A stretch of DNA of 64,000 nucleotides from Lama glama (lineage: Eukaryota). The first letter of the stretch is position 1, and the number at the start of each line of letters is the position of its first letter. Under the pieces are notes generated by a model, which did no database searches, was not told where the DNA came from, and worked only from the letters and a program-made list of their open reading frames with translations. Position numbers and translations under genes: made by a program. The stretch is taken from contig CM052816.1 in assembly GCA_028534125.1 (NCBI GenBank), positions 13,208,001-13,272,000 of the forward strand, read 5' to 3'. Shown here piece by piece: positions 46,117 to 60,548 of the stretch.

Positions 46117-49100
46117 AATCTTTCCCTTTTTCGTTTTTCTTGTTAACATTGTGTTGAATGTTTTCTCAGAAAGAAGAGGCATAAGGAAGAGATTTTTTTT
46201 GAATTATGATTAATTCCCTTTTTAATGGCTGCTTTCTTTACTTTCTACCTTTTCCCTCTCCAAAGGTTCTGGCAGTGAGTGTTTAATTATCTTTTCTTTC
46301 AAGCGTAATATTTCTGATATTCATGTGTATAAATTTATTTCTGAATGTTTAAAGAGATTTCCCTTTGGTTATTTATTTTTAGCTTTATGATAAGAATCTT
46401 TCCCCTTCTTTTAAACCCTGTTCTTTTTTGTTATGACCATATTATTAGTAAAAGAAAAAAAAAGATAAAACACATTGTGTATTCAGGTGTGTCAATTTAG
46501 TGTGGAATGACTCCAGTACAGAAATGTGTGATTGGCATGTGGTCAGATTTTATTGAAATTACTTGTTGTGATGTTTCTTTGTCTATTCCATTTTATTTTT
46601 ATCCCTGATAACATAATTTGTATTATTTTGTGGTTTTGATGGTCTGTTGATGTTACAGATACTTTAGTTAAACTGGCCACTTTCAATATTTATTGACTGT
46701 TTATAAATTTTATGATAGACTTATTCTGAAATGTACCTTGCAGAAATGTAGATTAAATGCAAATTGCATTAACAGGAAAATTCATATGTGGGTGAATATC
46801 ACTTTAGGGGCCTTTTGAGATTGTAGTGAAGCAGAGATTGGATCAAAGGGTTTATTTAAGTGTAAGTGCCCGATGTGAAAGAACGTATGCATTAACTGGT
46901 TGGTTACATAAGGCTTCATCCACTCTGGCCTGAAAGTGATTGAAATAGCCTGGTTGTTAGGAAATCTTAATTTGTATTGGGTTTCAAATAAGTTGGCATA
47001 TCTCTTAAAATATATTTCTTCTACTTTTAAGTTCATACCTAATTTTAATGAGCAATAATTTCTCATTATATACTGCTATTTATGTGAGCAAATGTATAGG
47101 CAAAATAGATTTGTGCTGAATAGCATTTACCCTTCTGAGGACATCCTGGTAATTGTGTAATGCAGTATTTACAGGTATCTGCCAAATTAATGGGCACTTG
47201 CTTCCATATTTCTGAGTCATGGAAGATACACATCGGTAAATAGTGTTGCAAAAGAGTTTTCAAGAAATATTTTCAAGAAATATTAAGCTATAACTGAAAA
47301 AAATCAATTACTTATTGACCTTTTTGGAAGAGTTTAAAAGCCCATGCCCTCCTTACTTCTGTAATTTCAGAGAGCCAGCTGCTCTCATTTTATTCTGGTT
47401 CATACTACTTCGGTTTTGTTATTTCTCAAGTAAATGAAAATATTCTTATGTAGAATTTCCGTTTAGCAACAGAAAAAGAAAAGACCCACAAAGTGTCCCT
47501 TTCTTGTTGAATTGTGCGTGATCATTTTTATGCTAAACTGGATTAATTTTGATGGTGATTTTTGTCTTGATTTTACCCACTAAGGTATATTTTAGAAAAT
47601 AAGCTATTTTATAGCCACTTAGAATTAGTTGCAGAGAGTGTTGTCAGCCCCGAAACACCTAATTTTGACAGGTTGCCTTTTTATTCCTCGCTACCTTCAC
47701 GGCTGTCCCTTAAATACAGGTTTCCAGTGGAGCTTGTGAATTAGCGACTGTTGGGGGAAGGGAGGCAAGAGGGAGGAGCAGTAGAGGTGTGGAACCTGCA
47801 GGGTAAGTTTAGAAATATCAAGAACAGTTCTGAAAACCAACAATTTGCGTCAATTGTCATGAAATCAGAGGGCTAAAAAAGAAAACTGGGGTTGAGTTTT
47901 TAAGTACAGAGGGAGTGCATTAACCAGGATTACAATTTAGTTTTTCATTTGAAGTAAAATTCTAAAGCTAATTGTGGCAATATAACCCTCAACGTTTATA
48001 GGGTTACGTTGTCCTTTTTTTTTTTTTTTTTTGCTTTACTTTATTACGGGGGAAACAAAAAGGACGGAATGGACATTTTAATTCCCTTAAATTATTTCTA
48101 AATTATTATTTAGATTATTTCAGCTAAAATCAAATTCGTATTTTTCCCATTTTTATTTAGGCTTCTGTTTAATCAATAAAAATCTAATTACTGGGATATA
48201 GTTGAAATAATGATATCTTATGTTGATACAACCATATTTATTTCCGTTTCCTAGTGCACTTTTAAATAGGTGATCATCTGACTCTGGAGTGTAATCCTCT
48301 TTTTTAGTAATGTATTTCCACGGATTGTGTATTTTTCTGCTGGAATATTGAGAAGAGAAGTCGTTACTTAATGGTTCAGATATAGAATAAATTATGGGAT
48401 TTTGCAATTGCTAGACAGCCATTTAAAGTATTTATATTGCAATATAGTCCTTAAAGCCAATTATTTTGAGTGGAAGTGTGTCATCCCCTAATGTTATCTT
48501 TGGGCCAGTTTAAATATTAATGACTTATCTTGGTAGAGCTGCGTGCTTAAACATACTATTGCAGAGTAACTCAAATATTAATTTTGAGTGCTTTAACATT
48601 TTTTTCTTTTGAGCAAATTTCAGCAAGATTAATAGTTTCTGTAATACAACCAATTTAGTAAAAATACATCTTACCTTTGAATTTTTTAAATTCACACTGT
48701 GGGGCACCAAATATATAAAAGAGGAGAAAAAATATATACGAGGAGAAAAAGATTTAATGATATGAGTAGTTGTAGATGTTTAGCATGTTACCTTACATTG
48801 AATTTTTATTTTTTGTAACTAACAATCTGAGAGTATAGCTTAAGTATACGGTGTTTAGGACATATAGTTTGTTGCCATAAATGTTAACTTCTCTTTTCAT
48901 AATAAAATTAACCTTTATTCTGGTTGATTTCATAATTGTCGATAAAATTTAGCTGTGGCTGTTATGAAAGTGTATTTGATAGCCAGTTTTTAAAAGCTGT
49001 TGTGAAATGACATCTGATTTAGTACGAGATTTATTATATCACGCTGGTTGGGTCAGGGCAGTGACTTATGACCTTATGCTTGTCACATGTTGAACCTTAA

Positions 49101-52100
49101 AGCTCTACTGATTTGTTATGGATACTGTTTTACTTTGTTGTTGTTTTAACGTTTTAGTGCTTTTATTTTGTGATTATTAGTGCTTCCTTAATTTTAAGAT
49201 GATGTAAATCGCAAATCTGGCGGTTTTTAAAAATTTTTCAGATCCCTTCCAATTTAATTTAGTTATCCAGTAGTAGAAATAGTAGGAAGAACTAGACTGA
49301 AAATCAGAGGACTTGAGTTCTGAGGCTGAGCTGACCAGTCCACGACCTTGAATACCTCGGTGTTTTGGAGTCAGACTTTTTAAACTGTTATATATGAATT
49401 ATTTTCAACACACGTGTGTGCATGTGTTTCTGTTTCTAAAACTCTGCGGTCCTCTTAACCTATAGCTTTCGTGAAGGAGGCAAGTGCGGTATACTGAAAT
49501 TGATTCTTTGACCTTTTTGTTGTACGTTATCAACTAAGAGACAAAAATGAACCCAGATTTGGCATTTTTATAAAATTACTATATTATTATAATATATATT
49601 ATTATTATAAAATAATAATTTAAAATGGTGTAGTTGATGGTATATAGAAAATAATATGCGACCTCTGTTGGCAGAGCCGGAAAAGTGGGTCTCTTGGTTC
49701 TCAAAGCTTGCTTTACACGTTAGACACAATGATTTTAGGTTAGGGCGTGAAGAGACTTGAGAGCTCACTGCTCCCCACACTCTCATTTGTTTCAGATGAG
49801 GAAATGAGACCTATAGAAAGTGTCTAGAAAAAGATCACAGAATTAGTGAGCGGTGTTACCACTTTGAATATCCTATTGTCAGTAGTCTAAGCTCCCCTGC
49901 AGGCTTCTCTTAACATCTGGCCTCTAGTTCTAGAGCCCTGAAGTGTAGTACAGATTAGTCAGGTGTTTTATAAGAGTTACTAATGAAATCAACTACTTTA
50001 GTAGATTTTAAAAAATATACATTGTCCATATTCTTTCCTATATATTATTTAACCCTTTTACTCCCTAATGTGTTTCTTCCTAATTATGTGGCACCGCTGT
50101 GCTCAGGACTTTGTAAGCATTTATCTCATTTAAACCTATTAACAACCCAAGGAAGGTTTTTAATTCTAGTTTCTATGTTGTTATGATTCTTTAGATTATC
50201 TTTGTAGTGTAGAATGCGGCTGTTATTTACTTTCATTTCACAGATGGGACATTTAAAGAGAAAAAGAAAAATAGGAAAACAATGATCTGAAGGGAAATAT
50301 TTAACGTTGTATTAGAAATCCCTCTTGAAACTTTAATAATTTTTATTTGTCATCAGTGGGTTTTTAAACAGTGTATAAAGGAGACATGGGATCAAACGTC
50401 CCTGCTCTCTTGTATATTTGTGTAGTCACTTGCTGCTCTCTAGCACAGTTTTCGCGTCTGTAAAATAGAGCACCCAGCATTCTTGCTTGCATGATTTTGT
50501 GCATGGTTGTTTACTATGAAAATTAAAAAGTACTATAAAAATTCAAGGTGGAATTTTTAAAGCTCTGCCAAATGTGCTGAGCTCAAACCAGCATGACCCT
50601 CCTTGGCTTAAGTACACTGGGACATCTGTGCCTGTGTAGGTATTTCCTATTTATCAAGCACTAAGACTTTTTCAGTGTCTAGTGTGTACAGTCACTGAAG
50701 GGTCATGGGTCCCAATTTCATAAGGGCTACCATATTTAAAGCTTCCACGTGCCAAGATCATTTTTTTTTTTACATTGAGGTTTTTTTTTTTCAGTTTTGT
50801 TTTTTTTGTTAGCTTTTAGGTGCCATCTGAATTTACTCGCCATGTTGGTAACTTCAACCACATTGTAATCTTTTTTATTAATAAATGCTAGACTATCCCC
50901 TTTCTGTTTTATTGTCTGGTATTCTTATAAAATCAAGTACGCAAAGATTCTTTGTCATTAAGAAACTTTAATTTCAAAAGCTGTGTGAAAAAGAGCTTCT
51001 GACCATAATGAATACCGAAATTTGCCCTAAGTGTATAAATTTGGAGAATTATGAAGCTCATTTGACTGTATTTACTTTTTTCTTTGTTAGTAAAGTGGCT
51101 GGAAAAAAAACTTCAGAAAAACAAATTTGGTGGATTAAACCAGTTATAAGTCTCTTTAGATAACAAAGAGTCAAGTCCAAAAACGAGTTAAATGGCAATA
51201 TAAGTTGGTCAACACAGCAATGTAAAAAATGACCCATGAAGTCTGTAGGCAGCTTTCTTATAGGGAAACTTTTGAAAATATTCAATTAGAACCTAACATG
51301 AAATTTGTCATTTGGACTCCAGCTGAGTTTATTAGGGGCAAGGTGTAATTCTAAACCAGTGAGATTGATTTTTTTAGAACAGAAAACCCAAAATGAACGT
51401 TGTCTTTCTCAGCCTCCACCTTGGGAGGCCATGTATATATTTCTTTTGAAATTGCCTTCAAAACCACCTTGTAAGCCTGAGAGGAAACTGGACTCATTAT
51501 ACCGTAGTAACACCTAAATGTTCTTGCTTAATCAGAAGATGTATTTATTCCTTAGCTGGATCATTTATATCTTATTTATGTGATTCCAGATGATTTGAGT
51601 AGTTCCAAAAATGTGGAAATTTAATCTTCTTCCAGATTATAACATTTGTTTTCATTGAGGCTATTTAAAAGACCCCAGGTTGGTATTTCTATGGAAGATG
51701 TTTTAAGCTGTGTTGGATACCCCTGAGAGAAGTGCCTAGCCTCCCAGGATAACTCATCTGAAATGGACATTTCTCAGTGGTTAAATTCTGACTTGTTTTC
51801 TTCAAGCTATCAGGGAGCTTTATATTAACAACTTACAGATTCCCTTTTCTTGACATAGTACGGAAAAAAGTAGAGCTTATTCACCTCTAAGCCTGATTTT
51901 TTTCTTAAGTGTTTATTTTATGTTCAAGTAAGGTGGACCTGCCTTTGCCTTGAACTTGAAGGGAATCTGATGATAGCAGATGTAGAGTAAATGTTAATTC
52001 TCACAGCAGTCTCCAAAACAGTTTATTTCCCATTGCAGCCCTCAGTGTATCCGGGAATTAACTATTTGCGGATCGTTACGACAAGAACAACTCAAGCACA

Positions 52101-55100
52101 CTGAAATTATTTATACCCATAAAACAGCTTAACAGAGAGTTACAGTTATATGTGTTTTCTGCTTGTATTCCTCATAACCTGAAAAGAAATTGTCTACTCT
52201 TAGTGAAAGTACTCTAGAAAATTAAGTAAATTTTGGTTGTGACTACCGATTTATAAATTTAGTCATGTTTGTTACTCATCAAATGCTAGGATTGGAATGA
52301 ATTCCTGCCTTTGAAATCAGGACGCTACAGGCAGTGACATTAAAAATTGGATATACCTTTTGTAACCGTTCTGTTAGTGCTGGAATTCTTTGTGAGAATT
52401 TCTTTGTGAGGGTAGTCTGCTTAAGAACTTTAGTAGGTTTCCTATGTTTGTGCTGAAAACAACCTGTTTTCTCCAGTACGTATTCTTTCTCCCCCCAAAA
52501 TGGTTTATAAGTTTTTAGTGGCCAGGGAAAGGGAAGAAGAGCCATTAAAGCATGGCAGATGCGCTTTATTACTACATTTGGTTTTATTTTTTACTCTCTT
52601 ATTAGCCTGGACTCTCCTAGTTTATTCTTTTAGCTAGGAGGCTGGTAGATTTTCTGTTAAATAGAAAACGCTGATCAACAAGTGCATGCGGTAGGCTGGT
52701 GCAGGCACAGTCTTTGGGTACTAGGTTTTGAATATAATCTAAGAAGAAGAAATATTTTTAAAGGGGAGGTGAGAAAAAGAGATAAAATAATCTCTAAATC
52801 AATGTATGAGGCATGCATGACCCTTTAATTGATAATATCGTTTAATAGGGCTGCACGGTGCTTTGGTGGTACCACAGACATGTTTAAAAGAGAAAACAGA
52901 ATAACTAAGTGAAACCAGAAGGAAAAGTCAGAACTAAAAAAGCCATGGAAGAAGAAAGTGACTGTTCTAAATTCCGGTTCCAGTGTCTGGTTAAATTTGA
53001 TTTTTCTTTGCCTCCGTGTTCCTGTGTGAACACCGGGAACGGCATAAGCAGCCAGCTACAATGTGTTAATGGGTGGAAGAGCTACAGAGGCCTGTTCTAG
53101 GAGAGGAATTCTTGAGACGGGTGGAGTGGGAGGTTAACTCCGTCGTCTCGGAGGTCTTTCTGACTGCACTGGCAGCAGCAAACACTGACTGAGCGAGGCA
53201 GTGGGCGCGCGGAGATGGAGACCATGAAGATTCCCCCACGTCCAACCTCACAGAGGAGTCCCGGGGTCTTACAGGGATCTTCACACCTGTTCCACCCTGA
53301 CCCCCAGCTCCAGCCCCCCGCCCCCGCCCCCACCCCCAATTTACTTTTTGAAATGTCCACTTTCCCCAGAAGGCATAACTGAAACTTCAGAGAGGAAAGT
53401 CTGTGGAGGAATGGGAAACAGGAGTTGATTCAGCTCTTTGGAATGAAAAGGTGGTAACAAGAAGGAGACTGATATCGATGGACTGAGCTGATGAGGTGAG
53501 GACTGAGTGGTCAGGACACGAGCCAGAGGAGACTGCAGTCACCTGTGGAGGAAACTAATCTGTGCGTACTGTCATCCTGTGTGTTATGTGACACAAGACA
53601 CATAACCTCAGGTTATGCACCCTTGGTGTAAGCCTTTTTTTTTTTTTCTAGTCACTTAAGAATATCTCCTTATTCTCTAAAAGATGCATAACCCCTCTTT
53701 TTAGGTTGCCTGATGCATTTTACGTCTGGGAATGTTCTTTGCCCAGGTGTCTACATGGCTCATTCTCCCGCTTTACTTAGGCCTCCACTTAAATGTCAGC
53801 TCCTAAGAGAGACCTCTGTTCTATCTGAAATAGTAGCATCTGTCACTTACTCTTAATTTCTCTCAACGTGATATATATAATTGTTTGTATTTTATGTGCT
53901 TACCTGCTAGTATCTAAGTTCCTTTAGAGCAGTGATATTATCTGCCTTGCGTACTCCTGTATCCCAGCAAACAGAAGAGTGTGTAGCACATAGTGAAGCC
54001 TCAATACATACATGTGGAATTTATGAACAACAGGCTTGACTTATAAACCAAGAAGACGTGTAGGGATGGATTGCACTTCTGTCCTGGCAGAGAAAGGCAA
54101 TGAGTATCAGGAAGAGCGCTGACTGCCCAGGTTATCTTCTCCAGGTAGGAAACAGGTGTAAAGACGGAGACGTGCTGATGTGTGCAGAGGGAAAGTACAT
54201 AAAATGTATTTTTAATTGTTGTCAGTCTTTAAATTTGCTCTAAGACTTTGAAATGGGTTGCTTTTCACAGTGTCTTGGAACAACTCTGGGACATTTAGCA
54301 GTGAACAAATTAGGGTAACTGAAGCTTGGGAATGAAGAATTTGAGGCTTGGCTTTGTTTAATTTATCTTGCCCAAAAAAGTAACCTTTTGTAGCTTTCAT
54401 CTTGATGTTTCTTACTTGCTTAAAAATTGACATTATCCTTGCAAACTTGTACTGTATACATTTGTGCTGACTGATCTATAAGAAATTGATTTGCCCATTT
54501 TTCAGAGAAGTAGTGACTGAACACTCCGAAAGAGGAGAAGTATATTATTTTCCTGAATTTCTAAATTATCTTTCTTCAGCTTATTTCTATTTTAGATTTG
54601 ACTTCTGCTATAGCTTTAACTTATTTTATCTATAGTATTAACAGCAATTCACAAGGTTAGCATGCTATCTCTTTTACTGAGACTTGTAGGAGAGTTCAGC
54701 CCAATGTGGTAAAGACAGTCAGAGAAAAGAGATGTAAGCTAAGTCGGTATTAGCTAAAGCAAGAAAATCAGATGAGGTCATTGAAGAATGAACTGCTTTA
54801 GTATTCAGGAAAAAGACAGGAGAGGACCAAGGACAGTGCTCTGGAAGGCATCCAAATAGAGCAGCCACAAAAGATCCTGAATGAATAGCCGGAGAATTAG
54901 GAGACAACAGTTTTAAATTGGGGCCGGAGAGAGTCGTTTACGCTGTCAAGTCAACTAAGGTGCGAGAGAGAAAACAGACTGTCATAAATAAGAGGGACTG
55001 TTGTTGAAGTCGGTCTTGAAAATACGTAAACATTCTCAAAAGTCAAAGCCAGAGCAATCAGTGAAATCCTACATGGAACAACAACATTAATAGTGGTTAG

Positions 55101-55615
55101 TTTATAATTTAAAAAGAAAAGAGAAAGAAACCGTAAGCTTGAGGGCCTAATCAGTCTTTCACATTTAGAGGAAAATGTTAAAGTGGATAATAAGAAACAC
55201 ACCTCTGAGACCACAGAGACCCTGGCACTGGCTTAGGAGCAAGAGACAAAGGCTGAAAAGCAAGAGGGAGTTAAGCTTCTGTTCCCTGGGCAGCCAGCAC
55301 AACAGGAAAAAGCTGACCATACCCTAGTTCAGACTCTTGGCACTTCAGTAGTCTCTTAAGTGTTTTCTTAGATTTTTCCCTCTCCTTTCTCCGTCCATTC
55401 TGCACTGTACTGCCAGACTGATCTTCCTCCAACACTGCTTTCGTTGTTATTCTCCAATAAAAAAAATGGTGGTTCTGTTGCTCATAGCACAGTGGTTCTC
55501 CATCTTCTTTGCGCCACAGCCCATATGCCACATGGCTGCCACAGGGATACTCCAGACCCCTTGGAGGACCTGGGTTATGCACAGTTCGTGCCACTCTATC
55601 CTGGTCTATCCCATC

Positions 55616-55765
55616 TGTGAAACAGACTCATAGGCATAGAATACAAACCTGTGGTTGCCACGGTGGGGAGGGGAGTGGGAAGGGACAGACTGGGAGTTCT
55701 AAATGTGTAGATACTGACAGGCATATGCAGAATAGATGAACAAGATTATGCTGTATAGCACAGGG
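55616..55765 (+). mobile_element. Internal L1 3'UTR fragment without poly-A
   Basis: AAACAGACTCATAGGCATAGAATACAAACCTGTGGTTGCC...AACAAGATTATGCTGTATAGCACAGGG is complementary to 26245-26370 of the young L1. Confidence 0.8.
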
Positions 55766-58391
55766 GATTGGCTCTTTTGATTGTTTTTACTTATTATTAT
55801 ATTCACAAATAAATAACCTTTTCAAAATTTGCAAAACAGTGTGTCCATCCCCTTTAGCAAAATAATACCAAGAGAAGTTCATAAGCTTTTGGTCATTGCC
55901 TCTCTTTTGCTCTTCCTTCCTTTCCTGTCTTCTCTTAGCCTCCACATTTCTGTATAATTATGTAAGCGTGCACACTCACACATATTTAAGGCATCCTGGG
56001 TTGTTTGCTTTTAATTAAGAATAGGGTCATCTTATACCGATTTCCCTGCAACTTGTTTTTCTAACTGTACACTCCAAACATCCTTCCAGATCAACTGATG
56101 TGGGTTTCATATTTTTAAATAGTTACATAATATTCCATCCAGGTTGTTTCATGACTTTTGCCTACAGACAAGGCTCCAGTAAACACCCTTTTCTATGTAT
56201 CTTTCCGTGTAGCAGCTGTGTTTCTAAACATAGATTCCCCCAGAGTAGGGTTGCTGAGTCAGGGTATGTATATTTCCATTTATAACAGGTATTTCCAAAT
56301 TATTTTTCACAAGGGTTACAGCAAATCAGTCTAACCTGACAGCATTTATACCTTTCTTTATAATAAAAATATGTAAGTCGTTATTACTGACAAATTCCTT
56401 GCCACAGACCCTAAAATTGATCATAACATATGCTGTAGGATGTAGCTGATGATCACTTGTGCCATAGGATGTAGCTGAGGACTGGTGCAGTCTGGAATTC
56501 AGGCTCCTCCTCTCCGCTTTTAACATTGTGCAGCCTTCTAGACCAGTTCCACGCACACTCCCCTTGTACACTCTCCCTTATATCGCCCGGCCCATAGCCA
56601 CCTCTTCCCTCATCGGACGGCATCCTCGGGCAACCACTAACCCTACAGGTTTTTATACTCCACTCAGTGCTTTAGCACGTAGTAGGTGCCCAAAAAATAT
56701 TTGTTGAATTAGTATTGCTTTATATATAATATATATACACACACACATGCATACACACACAATTCGTAAATATTGTGTGTATATATATCTCATTTATGTC
56801 TCCATTTAGATCCATTCTTAAGGACGGGGCATGTTTTCACTTACAGCACCTAGCACTTAAGATGCTCAATTTAGGTTGGCTATTTGAACAACAAGCCACA
56901 GAGATGAAGAGCAAATAATACGGCTTTATCTTCAATCATGTATTTTACCCCTTTTCGGTCAGACTGGAAGTGTAAGAATCCAGTAGCCGCTTTCACAGTG
57001 GCAGCACTGTGTGCAGCAGTTACTGTGTGCTAGGCACAGGTCAAGGTGCAAAGGATACAGCGGTGAGCAAGGCCGGTGTTGTTTCTGGCCTTGCCGAGCT
57101 TATGGTCTGTGGATGTTAACATGCGAAAGATTTGTAGGAAACGGTAAAACAGTGGTATCCAATTTCAGGCTCTTTGCAGCAGGGGCGGTGGAATATTTAT
57201 TTATTCATTCAACATTCATTAGTGCCAACTCTGCCAGGCCCTGAAGAGAAAGCCCAAGGGCAGCCAGAGCTTTGGCGGGAGGTGGCAAATTTCTCAGGGT
57301 GACTGCTTGGTGGTGGTCGACTTGTTTCCCAACCCCGCTGCACCTTTTCTCCGTGTGTGTATAGAAGCAGAGGGTTACATGGAGTGGTTAACGCTGGCGT
57401 ATTTCCCAAGGGCTCCTTCTCCCGGAAAGGTGCCAATCCCCGTCACTTCCCGAACACACACCACCAGGGAGTGCGCTCCTGTCATCCTTTCCCACCGAAG
57501 CCAGTCTTGCTATCCAGTCTTCACTTTCGCGTGAGGAAACGGAGGCCTAGTACAGTTAGCACAGTATTGAGGGTCAGAACCAGGATTCTGCACTCAGATT
57601 CTCTGGGTGTGAATCTGTTTAACAGTCAGGTGACACTGAGCAATTCTTGTAACCCTACAAGACCTCAGTTCCCTGACCTTTAAAATGGGCGCAATGAGCT
57701 AATACGCGTAAACCTCATAGCAGAACATATGGCAGTTGTAAAGCACTCGTGAGATGCTCGCTGTTATTTTTAGTGACGTGGCTAAGATTAGACAGCTCCT
57801 TAATGCCAAAGGTTCCTGATGAGAACTCTGCCCAGTGTGCCATACCATGCTGTTCATAAGCCTCTTTCATTAAGAGAGCTCTTAAACTGGCTTCTTTATT
57901 ATGATCCTAACTTTCATACAAAGTAATTACAGTTATGTAATGGAGACTTTAACCTTGGGTACCATTATCAGATTTTTTGACTGTAAGGTTGAAGAGGAAC
58001 TGAAAACTGCCTATGTGATGAATGTTTTGTTAAAGTGAGTGCTGAGTGCTTCCGCCTGGCTCTCTCCCCACCCTGTGCTGCCTCGCCCCGTGCTCCTCCA
58101 CTCGGTCACTTTTCTGCTGCCTGAACCTCTCAGGAGCCTGGTGAAAGCAAATCAGGATAACTGAGAAAAGCAGCTCTGTCATGTCCTGACAGATTCTCAG
58201 GGTTTTATAAGTAGGTTCCTTCCTTCTGTTATCTGACCTCTTTATACATCATGGGCTTCTTCTTAAAAAGAATGTTAATTCTCTAAAAGTCGTATTACAA
58301 TCCAGAGTTCCTACCTCTTCAAAGAAGAACTTTTTAAAAGGGTTTTTTTAAATGATTCAGAGTGAATTAAATCCCACAATTAAAAGGACTT

Positions 58392-58585
58392 GTAGAATAG
58401 ATAAACAAGATTATACTGTATAGCACAGGGAAATAAATATACACAAGATCTTATGGTAGCTCACAGAGAAAAAATGTGACAATGAATATATATATGTTCA
58501 TATATAACTGAAAAGTTGTGCTCTACACTGGAATGTGACACAAAATTGTAAAATGATTATAAATCAATAAAAAATGTTAAAAAAA
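58392..58585 (+). mobile_element. Young L1 3' fragment with poly-A
   Basis: Near-identical to the reverse complement of 26095-26284; TSD AAAAGGACTT at 58382-58391 and 58586-58595. Confidence 0.92.
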
Positions 58586-58744
58586 AAAAGGACTTTACTT
58601 TCTGGATGTAGACTTTCAAACACCTGATTGTTCATGTTGATGTCTGAACTTACTAAATATCAACATGCTTTTCCATGTTGAAGACATCTTTTAGGGCCAA
58701 CTTTTTGTTTCACTTTCTCTGTTGGCTTAAAGTGGATTTGTTTG

Positions 58745-59140
58745 ATAGTTGTATCAAACTGCCCCCAAATTTAGTACCTTTAAAATAACCACCATTTCTG
58801 ATTTCTCATGAGTCTTTAGGTCAGCTGGGCAGTTCTGGCCAGGTTCAGCTGATTTCAGCTGGGCTCACTCAGTGTGTCTGTGGCAGTGAAGGCTCGGCCA
58901 TGTCTTATCCAGCAGGCTCTCCAAAGCTTGTTCACAGAGTTTGCAGCAGGGGTCCAGAAGAACCAGTGGAAGCACTCAAAGCTTCTTAAGACCTAGACTT
59001 AGAACAACTTTTATTTCCACCGGGATCTGTTGGTCAAAGCAAGTCATAAGGCCAGGTCTGAATTCGGGCAGGAGATGGAGGAGCTGCAAAGTTACACTGC
59101 AAAGGACGGGACTGTAAGGAGGGGTCCTTTTTTGAAATCT
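58745..59140 (-). mobile_element. ERVL-MaLR LTR (MLT1-like)
   Basis: AAACTGCCCCCAAATTTAGT...TCTCATGAGTCT...GGTCAAAGCAAGTCATAAGGCCAG...GGAGCTGCAAAGTTACA. Confidence 0.7.
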
Positions 59141-60319
59141 GTCACAGTAGTTACAGGAATTGGATGCATTTGAAATTCCGATCCTTCAGTTGGTGATACT
59201 CTAATTGCTTATGAAACTTGCCCGGGGCTAAAAGGCAGAGTCCTTGCAATCAAGAGGATAAAAAGCCTAGAATTTAGAGATTGAGGTTCAATTTCCAGCC
59301 GCATCACTGACTTCTGCAGTCCTGCACAAGTTACTTGACCTTCCTGGTAGGCACTTAGTAATGGTTGATTCGCCTGAACTTCACATTCTTCCTGTGTGAT
59401 TTATTATAAAGAAAGGGCTGGGTTAGGTGTCTGCCAACTATTTAAATAATTGTGGTTATTCATTCCAAATAAAATTGCTTTTATTCGTGGCTCCCACACT
59501 CCAGTCAAGGTGCAATGCTCAGTTACTTCCTTGGGATAAAAAGAAAGAGAAAGTGGGTTAGGGAAGGGGAAGGAAATATTTGATGAATATAGCCTCAAAA
59601 TGAAGTGACTGTTCACTGGGTTATTTTCCTATAAGAAAAGAATGGCCGAGACCCATAGTTAGAAGAGAAGAATCCATAGGTCTCCTTGGGTATGGTTCAC
59701 TGTGATTCATGCGTTGAGAGTTATAACATTAGACGCAATCTGAATCTACATTTTAAAAAAGTATTCTGGTCCCTCTTAGACACACTGGGTGCCTTAACAG
59801 AAGATTTGGGAACTGTCACAGCTAAAGCAGGTATTACATGGGATAGGGAGAAGAACATTACCAACCCGCAGGTACAGTTTTAAGTGGACTGCTTTTAAAG
59901 ACTTAAAGGGGGCCACTTAGACATAAAATCACATGGATTTCTTTTTCTTGTGTTGAAAACAGCTGTGATATTGGGTAGCAACTAAACACTTAACCCTGTC
60001 CATCTTACCAGTGAGAAACAGAAAAGGTCACGCACAGAAACAGACACACATAACATGGGAAAACTGGATTAGCTTGACTCACACAGACAGCCAGATATTT
60101 TAGAATCCAGATAATCAGAAATGTTAACTGGAGTGTTTCATTGCCTCTTTTAGGAGAGGTACCAGGCAAGCATTATCGAAGAACTGAAAACTGAGACTGA
60201 CCACTTCTGGCATTAGCTAAGTGTGTGAACACAAGCAAGTCAGATGACTTGTCTGCACCTTAGCTACCGTTCATGTTTAATAAATACACATTATTCTAAG
60301 AAAAGAAAGTTCAGGTATA

Positions 60320-60548
60320 CGGTGGACCCTTGAACAACATAGGTTTGAACCTTGAAGGTTCGCTTGTACTCATATTTTTTTCAAGAAATACATACTACCA
60401 TATAACACAATCCACCGTCGGTTGGATCTGCGCGGATGCAGAACCAAAGGTACAGGTGATGTGGAGGGCCGACTGTAAAGGTATACTCGGATTTTCGACT
60501 GCATGGGGGTCGGTACCCCTAACCTGCATGTTGTTCAAGAGTCAAATA
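60320..60548. mobile_element. MER8-like TcMar-Tigger MITE
   Basis: Inverted termini GACCCTTGAACAACA / TGTTGTTCAAGAGTC with TA on both sides (60318 and 60549). Confidence 0.85.
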
